Below, piece by piece: positions 1-13,200 of a stretch of DNA of 64,000 bases. The notes under the pieces were generated by a model. It was not told where the DNA came from and made no database searches. It saw nothing but the letters and a program-made list of their open reading frames with translations. Position 1 is the first letter of the stretch; each line of letters opens with the position of its first letter. A program made the translations under genes and the position numbers. This DNA comes from a virus. The stretch is from IMG/VR virus record IMGVR_UViG_3300014502_000006, positions 1 through 64,000 of that record. One strand, 5' to 3'.

Positions 1-30
1 TCAAGACTAAAAAATAGGTTTAAAAACAGT

Positions 31-65
31 AAAAAAATAGGCTACCTCGCGGTAGCCTATTTTTT
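31..65. terminator. Intrinsic terminator, bidirectional hairpin
   Basis: AAAAAATAGGCTACC-TCGC-GGTAGCCTATTTTT inverted repeat with A/T tails, right after the stop of the 64..543 ORF. Confidence 0.8.
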
Positions 66-543
66 ATTTTGTAAAGATTTTTGTAAGTACAGCAGAAATG
101 CCAATTACTATACTGATAGCGGAGAGAATCCAACTCCATGTCACATCTCTTGAAGATGCTTTTGTATCCAATAATAATTTGAAGTCCTGCAATTGTCGTA
201 TTTGTAAATCTACCTTTTCTACGTAGGCTTCATGCGCCGTTTTGGTCATGAATGTGGTACTCTGGTCGCGCAGTGTAGCCCTGAACTCGTTCATTGTATC
301 AAGGCGTTTATCCATTGCTTCTAGTGCCAATCGGCGCGCTTCTTCCGTGGCTTTAAATTTTTGTTCAACCGCATCCAACGCTAACTTGCGTGCCTCTTCA
401 ATAGTAACGAACTTCTCACTCATGCTTTCAGAACGTTCACTAATATTTTTTTCAAGTTCGTTTATCCATAGTGTAAAAAACTCTTTTACTGTGATACCGT
501 TGGAACTAGGTTTGCTGGTGTTTGATTCATCTCCGTTTGTCAT
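64..543 (-). CDS. Coiled-coil protein with C-terminal TM helix (holin/XhlA-like candidate)
   Basis: AAGGAGG RBS; helical charged body; single hydrophobic C-terminal segment; end of tail operon. Confidence 0.5.
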   Translation of the reverse strand: MTNGDESNTSKPSSNGITVKEFFTLWINELEKNISERSESMSEKFVTIEEARKLALDAVEQKFKATEEARRLALEAMDKRLDTMNEFRATLRDQSTTFMTKTAHEAYVEKVDLQIRQLQDFKLLLDTKASSRDVTWSWILSAISIVIGISAVLTKIFTK

Positions 544-609
544 TGCTGCATTTCCTCCTTATACTTTAATGTTTTATTTCTTGCCATCCTCTCACATAAA
601 ATTAGACTT

Positions 610-2442
610 TTATACTTGCACATAACCCACCAATTTTATTGGTAGAACTCTTCCGTAGCCAATTCCTTCATAATATGTGTTAAGGTAATTAAAAAAGCCA
701 TAAGATAAAGGAGGAATACCGCTATTGATAGCTACGTTTACTCCGGTCACCGTTGTAGGTAGTTTTGAAACCGGAATGGAAATCACTGCATCCACCCAAT
801 CTTGTATTTCCCCGGTAGGGGCGAACGTCCAACTCATTGTGTTCATTCCCGCTTTTCCAGCTTTTAATGACATGAACACCTGTGGAGGAGTCGTATCCTG
901 ATATTCGCTGGTCTGACCACTGCCGATAGTCAGCGAACCCACATATTGGTCACCTCCACCAAAGTCCAGTAACAAATCTCCAGCCTTTGAAGGAACTGAG
1001 ACAGAAGCAACCTGTCCAACATGTCCGCTGGCTATATTCATGCCATCCACGTCCAGAGAACCGTTCACGGTTTCAGCCATGATATGATAAGAAATATTAT
1101 CTCCAAGATTAGTCCAGTTGACGATTACCGTTTGCGCACCCGCTGCGGGTGTGAGTAAGCCAAAGAGATAGAGAGCAATATTATCATCGGGAGATGGTAT
1201 TGATTTAAGCAAGGTCATCGGCACACCACCGTAGGATGCAGTTGGATTAATGATGGCTTTTTGCCATACATAAAAAGCTACCAGCGCATAGGTTGGTATT
1301 CCCAATGGAGTATGTGTACCAGTCGCGCTTATATCCTGTACCCATCTGGCACTTGCAATTGAACTGGCGTTTGTTACCTCATCAGGGATTAAGGTCATCA
1401 AGAACCTGTATATACCCGGTTTGAGAACTTTTGCTGTTGCCAGCGTCCATGTTACATTGGAAGTTGCCCCGTTGACAACGATATTTCCCAAATCAGCTAG
1501 TACCGTAGACGCATCATTTTGTATTTGTAGATTGTATGTACCGGATGCATTGATATCCCATTTTACTTCTGTTAATTTTAAAGGTCTGGTTATTTCCAGT
1601 CTTGCACACCAATTTCTGTATGTTGAAGGACTGACCGCATCGGTATCTGCACCATTTTGGGCTGTGCTAACACTGAAGACATACTGGTTTCCGCCGTATA
1701 CTATTTCTAGTTCTGGATGAGTATATACCCCATCGCTGGTTGATGCGAATTGTCTGAAGGCGGTTGAACTAGAGCCATAGTCTGCTATGATAACTCCCAT
1801 TGTATTGCCGGATTGCCAGCCTGACCTGTAGAGAACATCTTGAACAGCATCCGTTATATCAAAATAATAGGTTGTGCCCAAAACCCAATCGGGCACAGCC
1901 AGACTGCTGTAGTAGGATGATGTCATAACTTTGGAGTTCAAACTTGACCAGTCTGTAGGCGCTTGGGAATCATCCACATCTTCACAACCTATTTTTACTT
2001 TTACTGCATCGGATATTCCCGCAAAATTGCAAGTTATTTTCAAGGTTGCATAGAGTACACTTACAGCCCCAACGCTTACTGTAAAAGGTATATAAGATTT
2101 TGATATGCCATTACTACCACCGGGAGATATGTTTCCCAAATATAAACCCGTGCTGGTATTGGAAAAGGTAGTGTTTACCTGTCCATAACAATTGCGATTA
2201 GGAGACTGCGCCGGGAAAACAGGATAGAGCGATGTTTGATACAGCGTGCTTTCGCTGTCGAATTCGCTCACACTGTCAAAATATGTTGCAGCATGATTTA
2301 CAGAAAGCAACGGTGTAGCCGCAAGCGTGGATACGCTATCGAAAACAGCCCTTGAAGAACTTGTTGATGGTGTAAACCCTTTTACTTTTAATGAAAACGA
2401 CTTTGTTGTTTTTCTGTATAGATTGAAAGAATATTCATCCAT
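610..2442 (-). CDS. Virion structural/receptor-binding protein, multi beta-sandwich
   Basis: 610 aa, S/T/G-rich; DNRLRE-like segment (SKSYIPFTV..LYATLKIT); C-terminal domain resembles the repeats in the 43876..45255 protein; tail module. Confidence 0.55.
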   Translation of the reverse strand: MDEYSFNLYRKTTKSFSLKVKGFTPSTSSSRAVFDSVSTLAATPLLSVNHAATYFDSVSEFDSESTLYQTSLYPVFPAQSPNRNCYGQVNTTFSNTSTGLYLGNISPGGSNGISKSYIPFTVSVGAVSVLYATLKITCNFAGISDAVKVKIGCEDVDDSQAPTDWSSLNSKVMTSSYYSSLAVPDWVLGTTYYFDITDAVQDVLYRSGWQSGNTMGVIIADYGSSSTAFRQFASTSDGVYTHPELEIVYGGNQYVFSVSTAQNGADTDAVSPSTYRNWCARLEITRPLKLTEVKWDINASGTYNLQIQNDASTVLADLGNIVVNGATSNVTWTLATAKVLKPGIYRFLMTLIPDEVTNASSIASARWVQDISATGTHTPLGIPTYALVAFYVWQKAIINPTASYGGVPMTLLKSIPSPDDNIALYLFGLLTPAAGAQTVIVNWTNLGDNISYHIMAETVNGSLDVDGMNIASGHVGQVASVSVPSKAGDLLLDFGGGDQYVGSLTIGSGQTSEYQDTTPPQVFMSLKAGKAGMNTMSWTFAPTGEIQDWVDAVISIPVSKLPTTVTGVNVAINSGIPPLSYGFFNYLNTYYEGIGYGRVLPIKLVGYVQV

Positions 2443-2460
2443 TTGTTTTCTCCTTTCAAT

Positions 2461-2916
2461 TTACACAGTATCTAGAGTAAAGATTAGATTTCCTGCTCCA
2501 AAAATAACCTGTGTTGTCGTTACAATTGTAATAGCGGGGGTTAAGTCAGTATAGAACCACACATTCCCCGTTGCACGTGCTGATGTATCAGCAAGGAAAA
2601 TAGACAGTGCTTTACCCCAATCCGCACCTGCTGTTGCAAACGTGACCGGCAGTTTGTTTTGCAGAGTATAGGTGGTTGGCGTGGTAAAATTAGTATCGCC
2701 AACTTGAAGCTGCACTCTGGCGTAGTTTGAACCACCAGTTGTCACTGGCTCAGTTACGCTCGCTATTCCAGTTTCATCCACCTGCGTAAGACTTAAACCA
2801 ACATAATAACCTGTGTTGCCGACCAGTGTGCCTATTGCTGTTGCAAGGTCTCCTGAACCGGTTGTTTGAAAAAGATACTTGAGAACTCTTATTTTTAAGT
2901 ACGTTGTCATTGCCAT
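2461..2916 (-). CDS. Minor tail/baseplate protein
   Basis: YVGLS, NYARVQ, VTFATAGADWG, GNVWFY motifs typical of small phage tail-fibre-associated proteins. Confidence 0.6.
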   Translation of the reverse strand: MAMTTYLKIRVLKYLFQTTGSGDLATAIGTLVGNTGYYVGLSLTQVDETGIASVTEPVTTGGSNYARVQLQVGDTNFTTPTTYTLQNKLPVTFATAGADWGKALSIFLADTSARATGNVWFYTDLTPAITIVTTTQVIFGAGNLIFTLDTV

Positions 2917-2933
2917 AGTTTTATCATCTCCTG

Positions 2934-3284
2934 TTAACTCGCGATTGCGGGTTCGATTAGAATGTCACCCTGTGCCGGACGGTATATCTTTCCTACACTG
3001 TCGGTTATCACAGGCTGATGAGTATACTTGCCGTATAAATCAATCGTATCGGTACTTGTTAGAGCAACTGTAAAGACAGAAGTGGATATAATCGTCCCGT
3101 TCTTTTCCAGTATGTTTACATCCGGTTGCCCCCAAGGGCACAGCATCCATTCTATGCTTGAGCCAGCAAGGTTAATGGGTACACCTAAGTTATCATAAAC
3201 GGTGAAACTCAGCGTTATGTCTGTGCCAGCAATAAAGGCTATTTCCCCAAGGGAATTTAACTCCAAATAATCTGTATATGCCAT
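2934..3284 (-). CDS. BppU N-terminal-like baseplate/fibre adaptor
   Basis: GTDITLSFTVYD..G.PINLAG pattern; immediately downstream of Tal. Confidence 0.55.
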   Translation of the reverse strand: MAYTDYLELNSLGEIAFIAGTDITLSFTVYDNLGVPINLAGSSIEWMLCPWGQPDVNILEKNGTIISTSVFTVALTSTDTIDLYGKYTHQPVITDSVGKIYRPAQGDILIEPAIAS

Positions 3285-3296
3285 ATTATCTCTCCT

Positions 3297-6200
3297 TTAT
3301 AACCCAACCAATTTACCGGGCAATACGCCGGTTTCGCCTATATCATAATCTAAATAGCGGAAGAATTGAAATAATCCTCTTACAGGATATACACCACCCC
3401 CGCCACCATTTACAAATATTCCAAAAGCAGTAGGAGTAAATGGCGGAGTTTGAGTACCGTTAAAATCGCCAAACTCTATTCCGTTTGTAGAAGCTCCATA
3501 ACAATAACTACCACCTGAATTTCTTCTAATTCGGAAATAAATATTATGCTCGCTTGCTATATCATATTCAGAAGCCGGAGCTTTATAATTTGTAAAGGCA
3601 ACGGTTTGCCAGAAGATATTATCCCAACCCCACATCAAATGATTAGTTGCAAGCTGCTTGGTACTATCAGTCGGGTCTTCCCACAACGCCAATCCTATAG
3701 TTGTATAATTATATCTGTGGGATATTAAATTAACTTTTGTCCAGATTGTAAATTCTCCGGCTGGTATTGTTTGATAGATACCGACTATATTGGTATCTAA
3801 ATAGCGAGTATCGATGTCTAACAGTATAGCGTTATACGCACTGCTTTCTGTTACATTCAATATAGCATCAGGGTCAAATACTGTCCATTTACCAGTATCG
3901 AACGAACCATCATCAAATTCATCGTCTATCGCTGATGGAATGGCAGGTGGAGCATCTGCATTCCATACTATTTTACCTCCTCCACCTACTCCGGTAGCAC
4001 CCTGTAAACCAGTTACACCTGTTGCACCACCGGGGTTTCCAGTTGCACCAGTTACGCCTTTTAGCCCGGTTACGCCTGTTGCACCACCGGGGTCTCCAGT
4101 TGCACCAGTTACACCTGTTGCACCGGGTACTATTGAAGAAGCACCTGTTACACCGGTAGCACCCTCTGCTCCTACAGGAGGGGTATCATCATCTGTATCC
4201 AACCACAATCTTCCATCGATAGGATACGGAGGGATTGTACCCTGCACAAACGGGATATCTTCTATTCCTACAATGGTTCTTACACTTATATCGTCCGTAC
4301 CTGTTACATAATTTCCAGCGAATTCCAAAACAGGTTCTTGGGCAAAAGTTACACCATTAATATCAATAGTGTGACCACCGCCCCCTACTCCTGTAACACC
4401 TGTATCACCGATGATGCTCATACCGGTTACACCGGTTGCGCCACCGGGGTCACCCTGCGCACCAGTTATACCGCTATCTCCTTGTAAACCTTGTATACCG
4501 GTTACGCCTGTTGCTCCTGTAGTACCTGTGACACCCGTATTACCTTTTCCGGTAACACCTGTTGCGCCGGGTACGTTGGAAATTCCTGTTACACCGGTAG
4601 GCCCAAGACTTCCGTTTTCCACAAAGGAAACAATAAGGTCTCCTGTAATGGTTGAAGTAAGGTTATTATAGAGGGCTAATATGGTAATAGGAAACATATA
4701 AGCACCACCGGTATAAGTCCAAGTTCCGGTTACCGTGTAGTACCAATAGCTTCCCGTTGATTTAAATTGTAATTCCAGTATCCCTTTGTTATTTGAAGTG
4801 CCGCCATAGGTCATTTGCTGCAACCATGCCGCCATATTAACACCATCAGCATCGACTACGTTTATGTATACATGGGTAGCCATATTCAGATTTATATGGT
4901 TAACACTTACCAAGCCAGTACCGGGGTCGCTTTCAGCCGTGCTGGTGGAGAATGTCCACTCAGCCCCATTCGCTATATAGCCTCCTGTTCCGGTTACACC
5001 CGCCAACCCTGTAACACCGGTTGCACCAATTGTACCTAAACCAGTGACACCGGTTGAGCCAGTTATGCTTGAACCAGTTATACCTGTTGCGCCGGGTACA
5101 TTAGAAATACCTGTAACGCCGGTTGAACCCGTAATACCGGTAACTCCCGTATTGCCACTTCCTGTTACTCCTGTAGCACCGGGTACATTGGATACACCTG
5201 TAACACCGGTTGAACCGGTTACACTTGCACCGGTAACACCTGTTTGACCTAATGAGCCAGTTATACCCGTAGCACCGGGCACATTAGAAATTCCGGTTAC
5301 TCCGGTATTACCTATTCCCGTAACTCCTGTACCACCATAGCCGGTAGTTCCCGTAGCTCCGGGTACATTAGATACACCGGTTATACCGGTTGAGCCTGTT
5401 ACGGAAGCACCGGTTGTGCCAGTAGAACCAGTTGTACCCGTAGTGCCCGTAGCACCCGGAACATTGGAAACGCCGGTTACACCCGTATTACCTATTCCCG
5501 TAACTCCTGTACCACCATAGCCGGTAGTTCCCGTAGCTCCGGGTACATTGGAAATTCCGGTAACTCCGGTATTTCCAATTCCTGTTACGCCAGTCATGCC
5601 CAAGTTGCCTGTAACGCCCTGTATTCCGGTTACGCCCGTATCACCCATTCCAGCATACGAACCGGGTATACCTGTAACACCGGTTGCGCCATGCCCACCG
5701 GTCATACCTGTAGCACCCGGAATGCTTGAAGCTGCACCTGTTGTTCCGGTGCTGCCTTTTATTCCCTGTGCACCCTGTATGCCTGTAGCGCCGGGTACTG
5801 TTGACTGAGCACCGGTAATACCTGTTGCACCGCCGGGGTCTCCTTGAGCGCCGGTAACACCACTAGCGCCGAACGCTCCGGTCACGCCGGTCATTCCTTG
5901 CATGCCAGTTCTTCCAGTTACTCCGGTTGAACCAACCAAACCAGTTATGCCCGTATCTCCCTGATAGACAGCACTTCCGGGTGCACCGGTGACACCCGTA
6001 TTACCAATACCGGTAATACCAGTTGCCCCATGCACACCGGCTGAGCCAGTAACACCGGTATCGCCCATTCCAGCATACGAACCGGGTATACCCGTAACAC
6101 CCGTATTGCCAATACCAGTAACACCGGTTGCACCCATAAGGGCGATACTGCTGCCACCATCCCTAATAACCTTGCCATCTGTACCCTCGAATACAGCTAT

Positions 6201-9200
6201 ATTTCCATCTACCGAAGTATAGGTGTCCGTAGTTACGAAACTTGCGTCCAGTTCCCATTTACTGTAGATGTCCAGTGTGGCATCCCCTTGATTATCAAAG
6301 GTGACAGAACCAAGCGGGAAGATAAGTCTGTCAACCCTTTGTTCGGTTGAAGGTGCGTTGATTGCAATGCATAAATGCGATTCAATATAAGCGTGGTGCA
6401 TGTAGAGGTCTGGAGCATAAGCCCACCCCATCGGGGTTAAACCAGTATGCGTGGCGGTTATGCAAGACATTGCAACCGTTTGCTCAGTATATGGGGCTGT
6501 TCCACCGGGGATTACATAAGTTCTCTCCAGTTCTGCAATAAGTGTTTGCCCGTGAGTGGTTTCTACATTAATAGGGCGCACAAATGGCCCCGTTTGTACG
6601 GGTAACCAGCCGTAAGTAGGAACATGGTCACCAAAATAAGCAACGTCAAAAACAAGGTTATGAGCAAGGGTTGGAACATTTAAAGTCCAAGGCGCAGCAT
6701 CTACTTCTTTCCATCCTGTCCACGTATGGTGGTAGAACGGATAATACTGGTCTACATTATACAATTCTTGCACATACATGTATAGTGCATGACCGTTTAG
6801 ACCTTTTACACCGCCGGATGGGTCAAAGCCAACATGTACGCGATATATACCGGGAGTATCCGGCAAGTCTTCGTCAAGAAGATAATACGAAGCAACAAGA
6901 ATATCTGTTCCTAAAGGAACATCTCCTTGATGGTCTGCCGTGAGTTCGTTCATGGCAACCCCATTAAAGGTAACGGGAGGATTTACATTATCAAAATCAA
7001 CTGCTCCATCAAGACCACAACCAATAAGGAGCAGCGCCATTCTGTTGTTTTTCTTTCCTTTCGTAATGGTAAAATCAACATCCAACTGATTACATCCGAG
7101 GTCAAGGTCAGCATCATCTCCTCCTTGATTACCATCACAATTATCTTGAATATCAAAATTTTTCCATGCTTGAAGGTGTGTCCCTCGTTGTGGAGTTGCT
7201 AGAGGGGCTGCTCCCCTGACAATCACGCCACCGCTCTCAATATCTACATCAGTGGATTTGTTGTTGTGGTTGTCTGTTACTCTAACTCCATTCCCGATAA
7301 AATTGAGGGCTGGTTGTTGTGGAAAGCTTATCGCATTCTGCTCTATAACATGCCCATTAACGCCCCTTTTTGATACAGCACCTGTGCTGTTTGAAGCAGT
7401 GCCTGAATTACCGGTCATACCGCTCAAAGTAGCGGCATTGCCGAATAGGTCGCTGTAAACAAACTTGCTGTTATCCAGCCTGTATCGGTTCGAGAACGTC
7501 ATGGAGAAATTGGCTGGATTTTCATAATCAATGACCATTTCCAGCATGACTGCAATAAGTGCAGCCTGTCCTTCGAACACCTGCACGTTCGCTGTTTTTC
7601 CCAATTCCAGTTGGCTGATAAACGGAATATATTCTTTTAATGCAATAAAATCACTAATATCTGCGGTGAACTCGTATCTTGGCTGAGATACTCTGGAAAG
7701 AACATCGCTTCCTTGATTGTACAAATCTTGAGAAGCTGCTTGCAGTTCGTCCGCATCCGGCTGAGCACTTACAACGATATTTGCATTATTGTACGTATTC
7801 TCATAGATATAACTTGAAAGTTCAAGATATTGGTCTGTTGTAAAGCTAAAATCGCTGTAGGTGACAATATCCAAGTAGTTTGTTAGCTCTGAAATAATAG
7901 TGCTTATTTTAGTAGTTACGGTTGTGTCTGGAACAAAACCATAAAGTAGGTCAAAGAGGGTTTGCAACTGATTGCTTGCAGTTGTGATAGCTCCCTGTAA
8001 TGAAGTCAATTCATCGGCAGATAACGGGTAAGAAGAAAATCCGTTCCTGACCATTGTCTGTATATCGGTTATATAATTGATAGAATCGTTTATTGAGTTT
8101 ATCAGGGTTGGCAACTGTGTGGCAAATAAGTCCACATCAAAGGTTGGATAATCATTGACTGTATCTGCATTATAGGTTATCTGCCAATTCGCGGATATCC
8201 AGTTCATATCTACCAGCATTGCAACCAAGTCCTCTGCGAACATGGAGAACGAATATTCAGATGTGAAAGTGAGGTTGTGTACAATTTTCTTCAATTGTAC
8301 TTTAAGTCCATTAATTTGTATTTGCAGACTTGCTATTCTGTTGTTTTGAGTGGTGATTAGAACCTGCTGGTCATAGATTTGTTGAAGGATTGCGGTAATA
8401 GGCGCTTGTGCTGCCAGTGCCGCAGCTTTCTGGTCTTCCAAACTTTGTAGATTTCCCTGATAATCGGTCAGGGTGTCCTGCGCTGTAATCATAGCCGTAT
8501 CCGCTTCCAGCAAACGATTTAACAAAGCTGAATAGGCAGGTTGTTGGGTATTGGCTGCTCTTTCCCATGTATTCAGCGAATCTATCAGACCTTGGCTCAT
8601 CCACTTTAGATTTTTAAAATAACTGAAGTTATAAATAGCATTTGTACCAAGTGGGTTGACATAATGAATGTCCACTGCATCTCCACCATAGCAGTAGAGT
8701 GCGGTTGCCAATTCATCGGACATTTCCTTGAAATCTATTTTTTTAGTTAGGTTGTACAAACTAAAATAAATGTCCGTAGGTTTGGAGAAGGTCATAATAT
8801 CATGTGCAATAATGGTTCTGTCAAAAGTATTGAACTCAAAAACACAGTTGTAGGCTTTTTCCACATCCGCTATCAGGAAGTTATACATGGTGTTATTATT
8901 AACATCAAAAGTCCTGTATTTAGGATATGCGGCAGAAGCCAGCAGGGTCGCGTCTACTTCCCCAATCGTCCAAGTAGGGAACATGCTGGACATGATACCG
9001 AGCAGAGTAACGGAAGGATTGGCAGTATCATAAAGAGCATACGTGCCAACAAAATCAGTTATCCTACGGAACAGAAGTTCCACTTCAAGAGATTTGCAAA
9101 GGCAGTGCTTTCTTGGTGTCGTACCGTCTTTGCTCTCGTCCGCTTCAAGAATGATATAATAGCCAACGTCTTCTATTAATACCAGCATCTTATTCACAAT

Positions 9201-9401
9201 ATATGCGTATGCCGGGTCAATCGTTCCTAGATTGTCCGTAGACTCCGCTATATCGAATTCAAGTTCTGAAATTGCATTATAGCGAAGCGTGTTCTTAACG
9301 TTATAGGTTCTCCCCAATGAATATAATTTTTCTTTGTTGGCGTTGCAGAGGGTTAATTGGGGTGTTTCCATCTGTCCGTTTATATCAAAATTTATTTTCA
9401 T
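3297..9401 (-). CDS. Tal-like tail tip/central spike protein with collagen-like Gly-X-Thr segments
   Basis: Follows Dit; N-terminal prophage-tail-like domain ([13 protein letters not shown]), coiled coil, then GXT repeats and beta-rich domains. Confidence 0.75.
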   Translation of the reverse strand: MKINFDINGQMETPQLTLCNANKEKLYSLGRTYNVKNTLRYNAISELEFDIAESTDNLGTIDPAYAYIVNKMLVLIEDVGYYIILEADESKDGTTPRKHCLCKSLEVELLFRRITDFVGTYALYDTANPSVTLLGIMSSMFPTWTIGEVDATLLASAAYPKYRTFDVNNNTMYNFLIADVEKAYNCVFEFNTFDRTIIAHDIMTFSKPTDIYFSLYNLTKKIDFKEMSDELATALYCYGGDAVDIHYVNPLGTNAIYNFSYFKNLKWMSQGLIDSLNTWERAANTQQPAYSALLNRLLEADTAMITAQDTLTDYQGNLQSLEDQKAAALAAQAPITAILQQIYDQQVLITTQNNRIASLQIQINGLKVQLKKIVHNLTFTSEYSFSMFAEDLVAMLVDMNWISANWQITYNADTVNDYPTFDVDLFATQLPTLINSINDSINYITDIQTMVRNGFSSYPLSADELTSLQGAITTASNQLQTLFDLLYGFVPDTTVTTKISTIISELTNYLDIVTYSDFSFTTDQYLELSSYIYENTYNNANIVVSAQPDADELQAASQDLYNQGSDVLSRVSQPRYEFTADISDFIALKEYIPFISQLELGKTANVQVFEGQAALIAVMLEMVIDYENPANFSMTFSNRYRLDNSKFVYSDLFGNAATLSGMTGNSGTASNSTGAVSKRGVNGHVIEQNAISFPQQPALNFIGNGVRVTDNHNNKSTDVDIESGGVIVRGAAPLATPQRGTHLQAWKNFDIQDNCDGNQGGDDADLDLGCNQLDVDFTITKGKKNNRMALLLIGCGLDGAVDFDNVNPPVTFNGVAMNELTADHQGDVPLGTDILVASYYLLDEDLPDTPGIYRVHVGFDPSGGVKGLNGHALYMYVQELYNVDQYYPFYHHTWTGWKEVDAAPWTLNVPTLAHNLVFDVAYFGDHVPTYGWLPVQTGPFVRPINVETTHGQTLIAELERTYVIPGGTAPYTEQTVAMSCITATHTGLTPMGWAYAPDLYMHHAYIESHLCIAINAPSTEQRVDRLIFPLGSVTFDNQGDATLDIYSKWELDASFVTTDTYTSVDGNIAVFEGTDGKVIRDGGSSIALMGATGVTGIGNTGVTGIPGSYAGMGDTGVTGSAGVHGATGITGIGNTGVTGAPGSAVYQGDTGITGLVGSTGVTGRTGMQGMTGVTGAFGASGVTGAQGDPGGATGITGAQSTVPGATGIQGAQGIKGSTGTTGAASSIPGATGMTGGHGATGVTGIPGSYAGMGDTGVTGIQGVTGNLGMTGVTGIGNTGVTGISNVPGATGTTGYGGTGVTGIGNTGVTGVSNVPGATGTTGTTGSTGTTGASVTGSTGITGVSNVPGATGTTGYGGTGVTGIGNTGVTGISNVPGATGITGSLGQTGVTGASVTGSTGVTGVSNVPGATGVTGSGNTGVTGITGSTGVTGISNVPGATGITGSSITGSTGVTGLGTIGATGVTGLAGVTGTGGYIANGAEWTFSTSTAESDPGTGLVSVNHINLNMATHVYINVVDADGVNMAAWLQQMTYGGTSNNKGILELQFKSTGSYWYYTVTGTWTYTGGAYMFPITILALYNNLTSTITGDLIVSFVENGSLGPTGVTGISNVPGATGVTGKGNTGVTGTTGATGVTGIQGLQGDSGITGAQGDPGGATGVTGMSIIGDTGVTGVGGGGHTIDINGVTFAQEPVLEFAGNYVTGTDDISVRTIVGIEDIPFVQGTIPPYPIDGRLWLDTDDDTPPVGAEGATGVTGASSIVPGATGVTGATGDPGGATGVTGLKGVTGATGNPGGATGVTGLQGATGVGGGGKIVWNADAPPAIPSAIDDEFDDGSFDTGKWTVFDPDAILNVTESSAYNAILLDIDTRYLDTNIVGIYQTIPAGEFTIWTKVNLISHRYNYTTIGLALWEDPTDSTKQLATNHLMWGWDNIFWQTVAFTNYKAPASEYDIASEHNIYFRIRRNSGGSYCYGASTNGIEFGDFNGTQTPPFTPTAFGIFVNGGGGGVYPVRGLFQFFRYLDYDIGETGVLPGKLVGL

Positions 9402-9414
9402 TGGCTTGTCCTTT

Positions 9415-10224
9415 CTAGCCAGCTATCTTGCGTGCGTTCTGATGAGTTAGTTTTATTGTTTTTACATTGCCGCTAATGGTGAGTTTATTATTACCCTGTA
9501 CGTAACGCAACCAGCTACTAGGATTTATAAAATTGGATAATCTGAGAACATTCTCAGACGATGTTATTGTTTGCAAATCGTTATTTATTGTAAGTACTTC
9601 GTTCATATCCAAACCGACAAAATTAAAAATGCGGGTAGGTTCGGCAGAATTCACGATAGAAACATCTCCGCCGAATACATTCATGGTTATTTCTATTGTT
9701 GGATAAGTATAGAATGTATTGTCGGATGTGTTGTTAATTGCTATTGTTTCATTCATATCATACCCCGTAAAGTTGTAGGTATAGGTCTTCGGAAATTCCC
9801 ATGCCCAAGGCGCATCGCAGGTAAAAGTACCACCAGAACCACGGATGATGTTCCCTGCTTTTTGCAGTTCCGGCTTGACGAAGATACCATTAAAGTAGAC
9901 ATTCCGCATATCTGGCTGGCATATCTGCAATTTCTTATAGGTTTGCCTTCCATATAACCATCTGGAAGCTAGTTCTGCTTCCTGCGCGCTCTGTTCATAT
10001 GGCACGTTCAAGTCAATATCCAATTCAAGAATAGGTGTTTGCTGCACGCCAAACAGATAGGGAACGGGTCTGTGATAGACTTCCTGTGTGTATAGCTTTA
10101 CATCAACACCTGCCGGGGTAACGATTTCTACGGCGGTACGCCTCAAGTTTTCGCAGGTTATCTGTAAACCGTAGAACTCTGAAGGTACACCATCAAAGAT
10201 AAAATGCTTTGCATAAAAAGCCAT
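9415..10224 (-). CDS. Distal tail protein (Dit)
   Basis: [13 protein letters not shown] start, FTCDAPWAW and YPTIEI motifs; between tape measure and Tal. Confidence 0.8.
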   Translation of the reverse strand: MAFYAKHFIFDGVPSEFYGLQITCENLRRTAVEIVTPAGVDVKLYTQEVYHRPVPYLFGVQQTPILELDIDLNVPYEQSAQEAELASRWLYGRQTYKKLQICQPDMRNVYFNGIFVKPELQKAGNIIRGSGGTFTCDAPWAWEFPKTYTYNFTGYDMNETIAINNTSDNTFYTYPTIEITMNVFGGDVSIVNSAEPTRIFNFVGLDMNEVLTINNDLQTITSSENVLRLSNFINPSSWLRYVQGNNKLTISGNVKTIKLTHQNARKIAG

Positions 10225-10275
10225 TGTTGCCTCCTTATAGGAAAACAGGGGATATAACTATCCCCTGCTCTCTTT

Positions 10276-13200
10276 TTAAAAACTATATTTATCCGCAGAA
10301 CGCAAAACCCCTCTGCTATACATGTGCTTCATGAGTTTATCAACCACATCGTTTGTAAGCCTCTGTATGTCGGGTACGACAGTTTTATCCAGATTACCGG
10401 TCACGTTAAAGGTAAGCAGGTTATCAACTTTCCAATCGCTGCTGACACTTTTAGGAGTAGCCCCACCTGTATATCCAGCGTTCGCCATGCTTGAAAGATT
10501 CTTTCCCAATAAAGCGGCAGATTTTCCAGAACTAGCACTATTCATAATGTTTAACATGTTATTTCCCAAGGCATCCGCAGCGGTTTTCTTGATTACAAAT
10601 TCTCCCGGCATCAACATGGCAGGAACAGAATCTTTTCCTTCTTCCCCGCCACCTACTTTTCCACCCTCGCTTTTGTTATGAGCCAGAATACCGTTTACGA
10701 AATAGTTGTGGGTTTCACTCCCTGTGCTTAAGTTATATACCGGACAATCATCTAATATTTTTTCAATTCTCGTAATCTCAACAAATTCGCCGCTTTTTGA
10801 AAATAGCATATCCCCAAGTTTAATATCTTCTGCCAGTACCCACTTTGAGTTCACATATAGAGGGTGCTCACCTGTTACTCCGAGAAAATCGTTCAGTAAG
10901 TAATATCCTTTACTGTTCTCATGCTTGAATGTCTTTATGATTTCAGCAGGGAAGATAAGCTGACTGTTCGTATTATATGAAAGAACAAGGTCACCAATCT
11001 GCATATCTTCAATATTTTTAAAAGTTCCATCTGCCATAGATATTTTCGTTCCCGCTATAAAGCAAGCCGGAGTTTGATAGTAATTTGCCGGACGAACGGG
11101 TGTATACACCTCGTATGGTTCTCGATAATAGTCTTCCGGTCTCATGGCAGGAGGAGGAGTTGCCGGAGTACTAGGCTTAGTACTAGGGACATAACTGCCC
11201 CCGCCACCCGTTCCGCTACCTACAGCGTTTTTATAATTGTTCCAAGCAGCCTGTGCATCTTTCCATGCTTTTACAACATCGTTTTCAATTCCGCTGCCGT
11301 AAATGCCATTCCATTCAATCAGCTTGTTGTATAAATCCTGACCACCGCTTTTTGCCATAGCAATAGCATCCTGCATCATCCTGCCGGGTTCTGCAAGGTA
11401 TTTATCAATAGCATCAATCATTGGCTTGATAGTAGCAGTAAAGTCTGCAAGTTCTTGGTCTAGAGCAGCTTTCTCTTCGGTGATTTGATGAGTTCTCTGT
11501 GTCTTGGCGATATCCGTCTTGCTCTTAGCCAAGTCGTCTTCCAGTTTCACTCTCTTGGCTTTTGCTTCCGCACTGTTATCAAGCGCAAGCGCATCCAACT
11601 GCATCTGGATTTTTGATTGGTCTTTCTCTTTATTATTTAGCTCTTCCTGATAAGTTATTTCCTGCTCTTTCAGGTCGATGGCTTTTTTCTCTGCATCGAT
11701 GATGGTTTTCATTCCATCAATACGTGCTTGCAGAGCAGCCTTCTCATCATCCTTTTGTTTCTTGATGTAAGATTCAACCAGCTTATAATAAGCATCGGCT
11801 GTGGGCGCAGACCCACCTCCACCTCCGCTTGGTGCTTTCATTGTAAATCCACCCGCCGGTACTTTAGCAAGTGCTGCACCTATTGAGACAATAGCCTGAT
11901 ACTCTTCCCATAATGCCGCTGTTTCCTGCGAAAGCGGGTCAACAACCGCGGCTGCTGCCCATGCAACATACGCGGTTGATTGTGCTTTCATTATTTCTGC
12001 TGCGGCGCATGCTCTTGCAACCTCGGCGTTGAGGGTCATCTTTCCGGTTACCGCATCGATGGATATTGCTGTTGCATAACCAGCATCAATTAATTTTAAC
12101 AGGTTATCAATGGTAAGTCCACCGTCTTTTTGCTGTTGGGCATACGCGTCCGCAAGCAACTGCTGGTGAGTTTCGAATGCGGTTAGCATATCACCAACAG
12201 CTTTAGCTTGACCCGCGCTTGCTTCCGCAGAATCAATTTCTCCCTGAATATAGGCTTGCTGTTCCGTGGTTAAATCATATGTTGTGCTTAATTCGTCTTT
12301 TAAACCATCGACATATTTTTTTAAAGATGCTGCTGTTAGTTCATATTGCCCGGTTTGTTGGTTAAGTACAACATCTAAACCTAAGTTTGCGGCTTTGGCA
12401 AGTTCAGCCTCTGTGACAGTTCCTGTCATCAAATCTTTTTGCAAAGATGCTAAATCACTTATCTTTGCGTGTAATTCTGCGGCTTGCCTACCAAACGCAC
12501 TGGCATCCAAGGTAACTTTGATACCGTGCAGTTTATTGAACTCAGCTTGAAGCTTTGCTACATTGGCTGCGGTTTCCGCAACCAACTGGTCATTAAGCAT
12601 ACCTTGAAATACTTTTCTCAGTGCAGGGTCGGTTAATGTTGATATAAACGCTTCCTGTGAATCATGTCCAGCCTTTTTGAAAGCTTCTTCCATTGTACTA
12701 AGAGAGTCTTGATATGATGTTTGAAATTCTGCTTTTTGTTTATCAGTATAGCCCCAAGACCATATTCCCTGCGACCCTTGCAGAACATTGAGTTGCTCTT
12801 GCAAATCTTTAGCGCCACCTTTTAATGAATTATCGGCAGCTTGCTTTGCGTCAGCAGCAGCCGCTTTCATATGGTCTAGCGTTGTCCCTGTTAAATCACC
12901 CATTGCGGCAGAGCTTTTGAGGATGGCGTTTCCAAGGTCATCATATCCAACAACCAGTTCTGGTATAAGTGTTGCCAGTTGATTTGAAACATCGTAGAGT
13001 TTTTGAGTATCGTCTGCTGATAAACCCGCGGTATTCTGTTGTGTTATTAGCGATTGGTATTGAGTCCCAAGGTCAGTGATTTGCTTCATGGAATTGGCAA
13101 GGTCTTGTACTTTTTGGGCAGCTTTATCGGCTGCTGCTGCTAAATCTTGTATATGCTGCGCGGGGGTTACACTTAAAAAGTGTATAGCTGCTGCGCCAAG

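Noticed and set aside
10675-11064. Canonical mobile intein with homing endonuclease
   Set aside because: Only 130 aa, no endonuclease motifs, and Lys at +1
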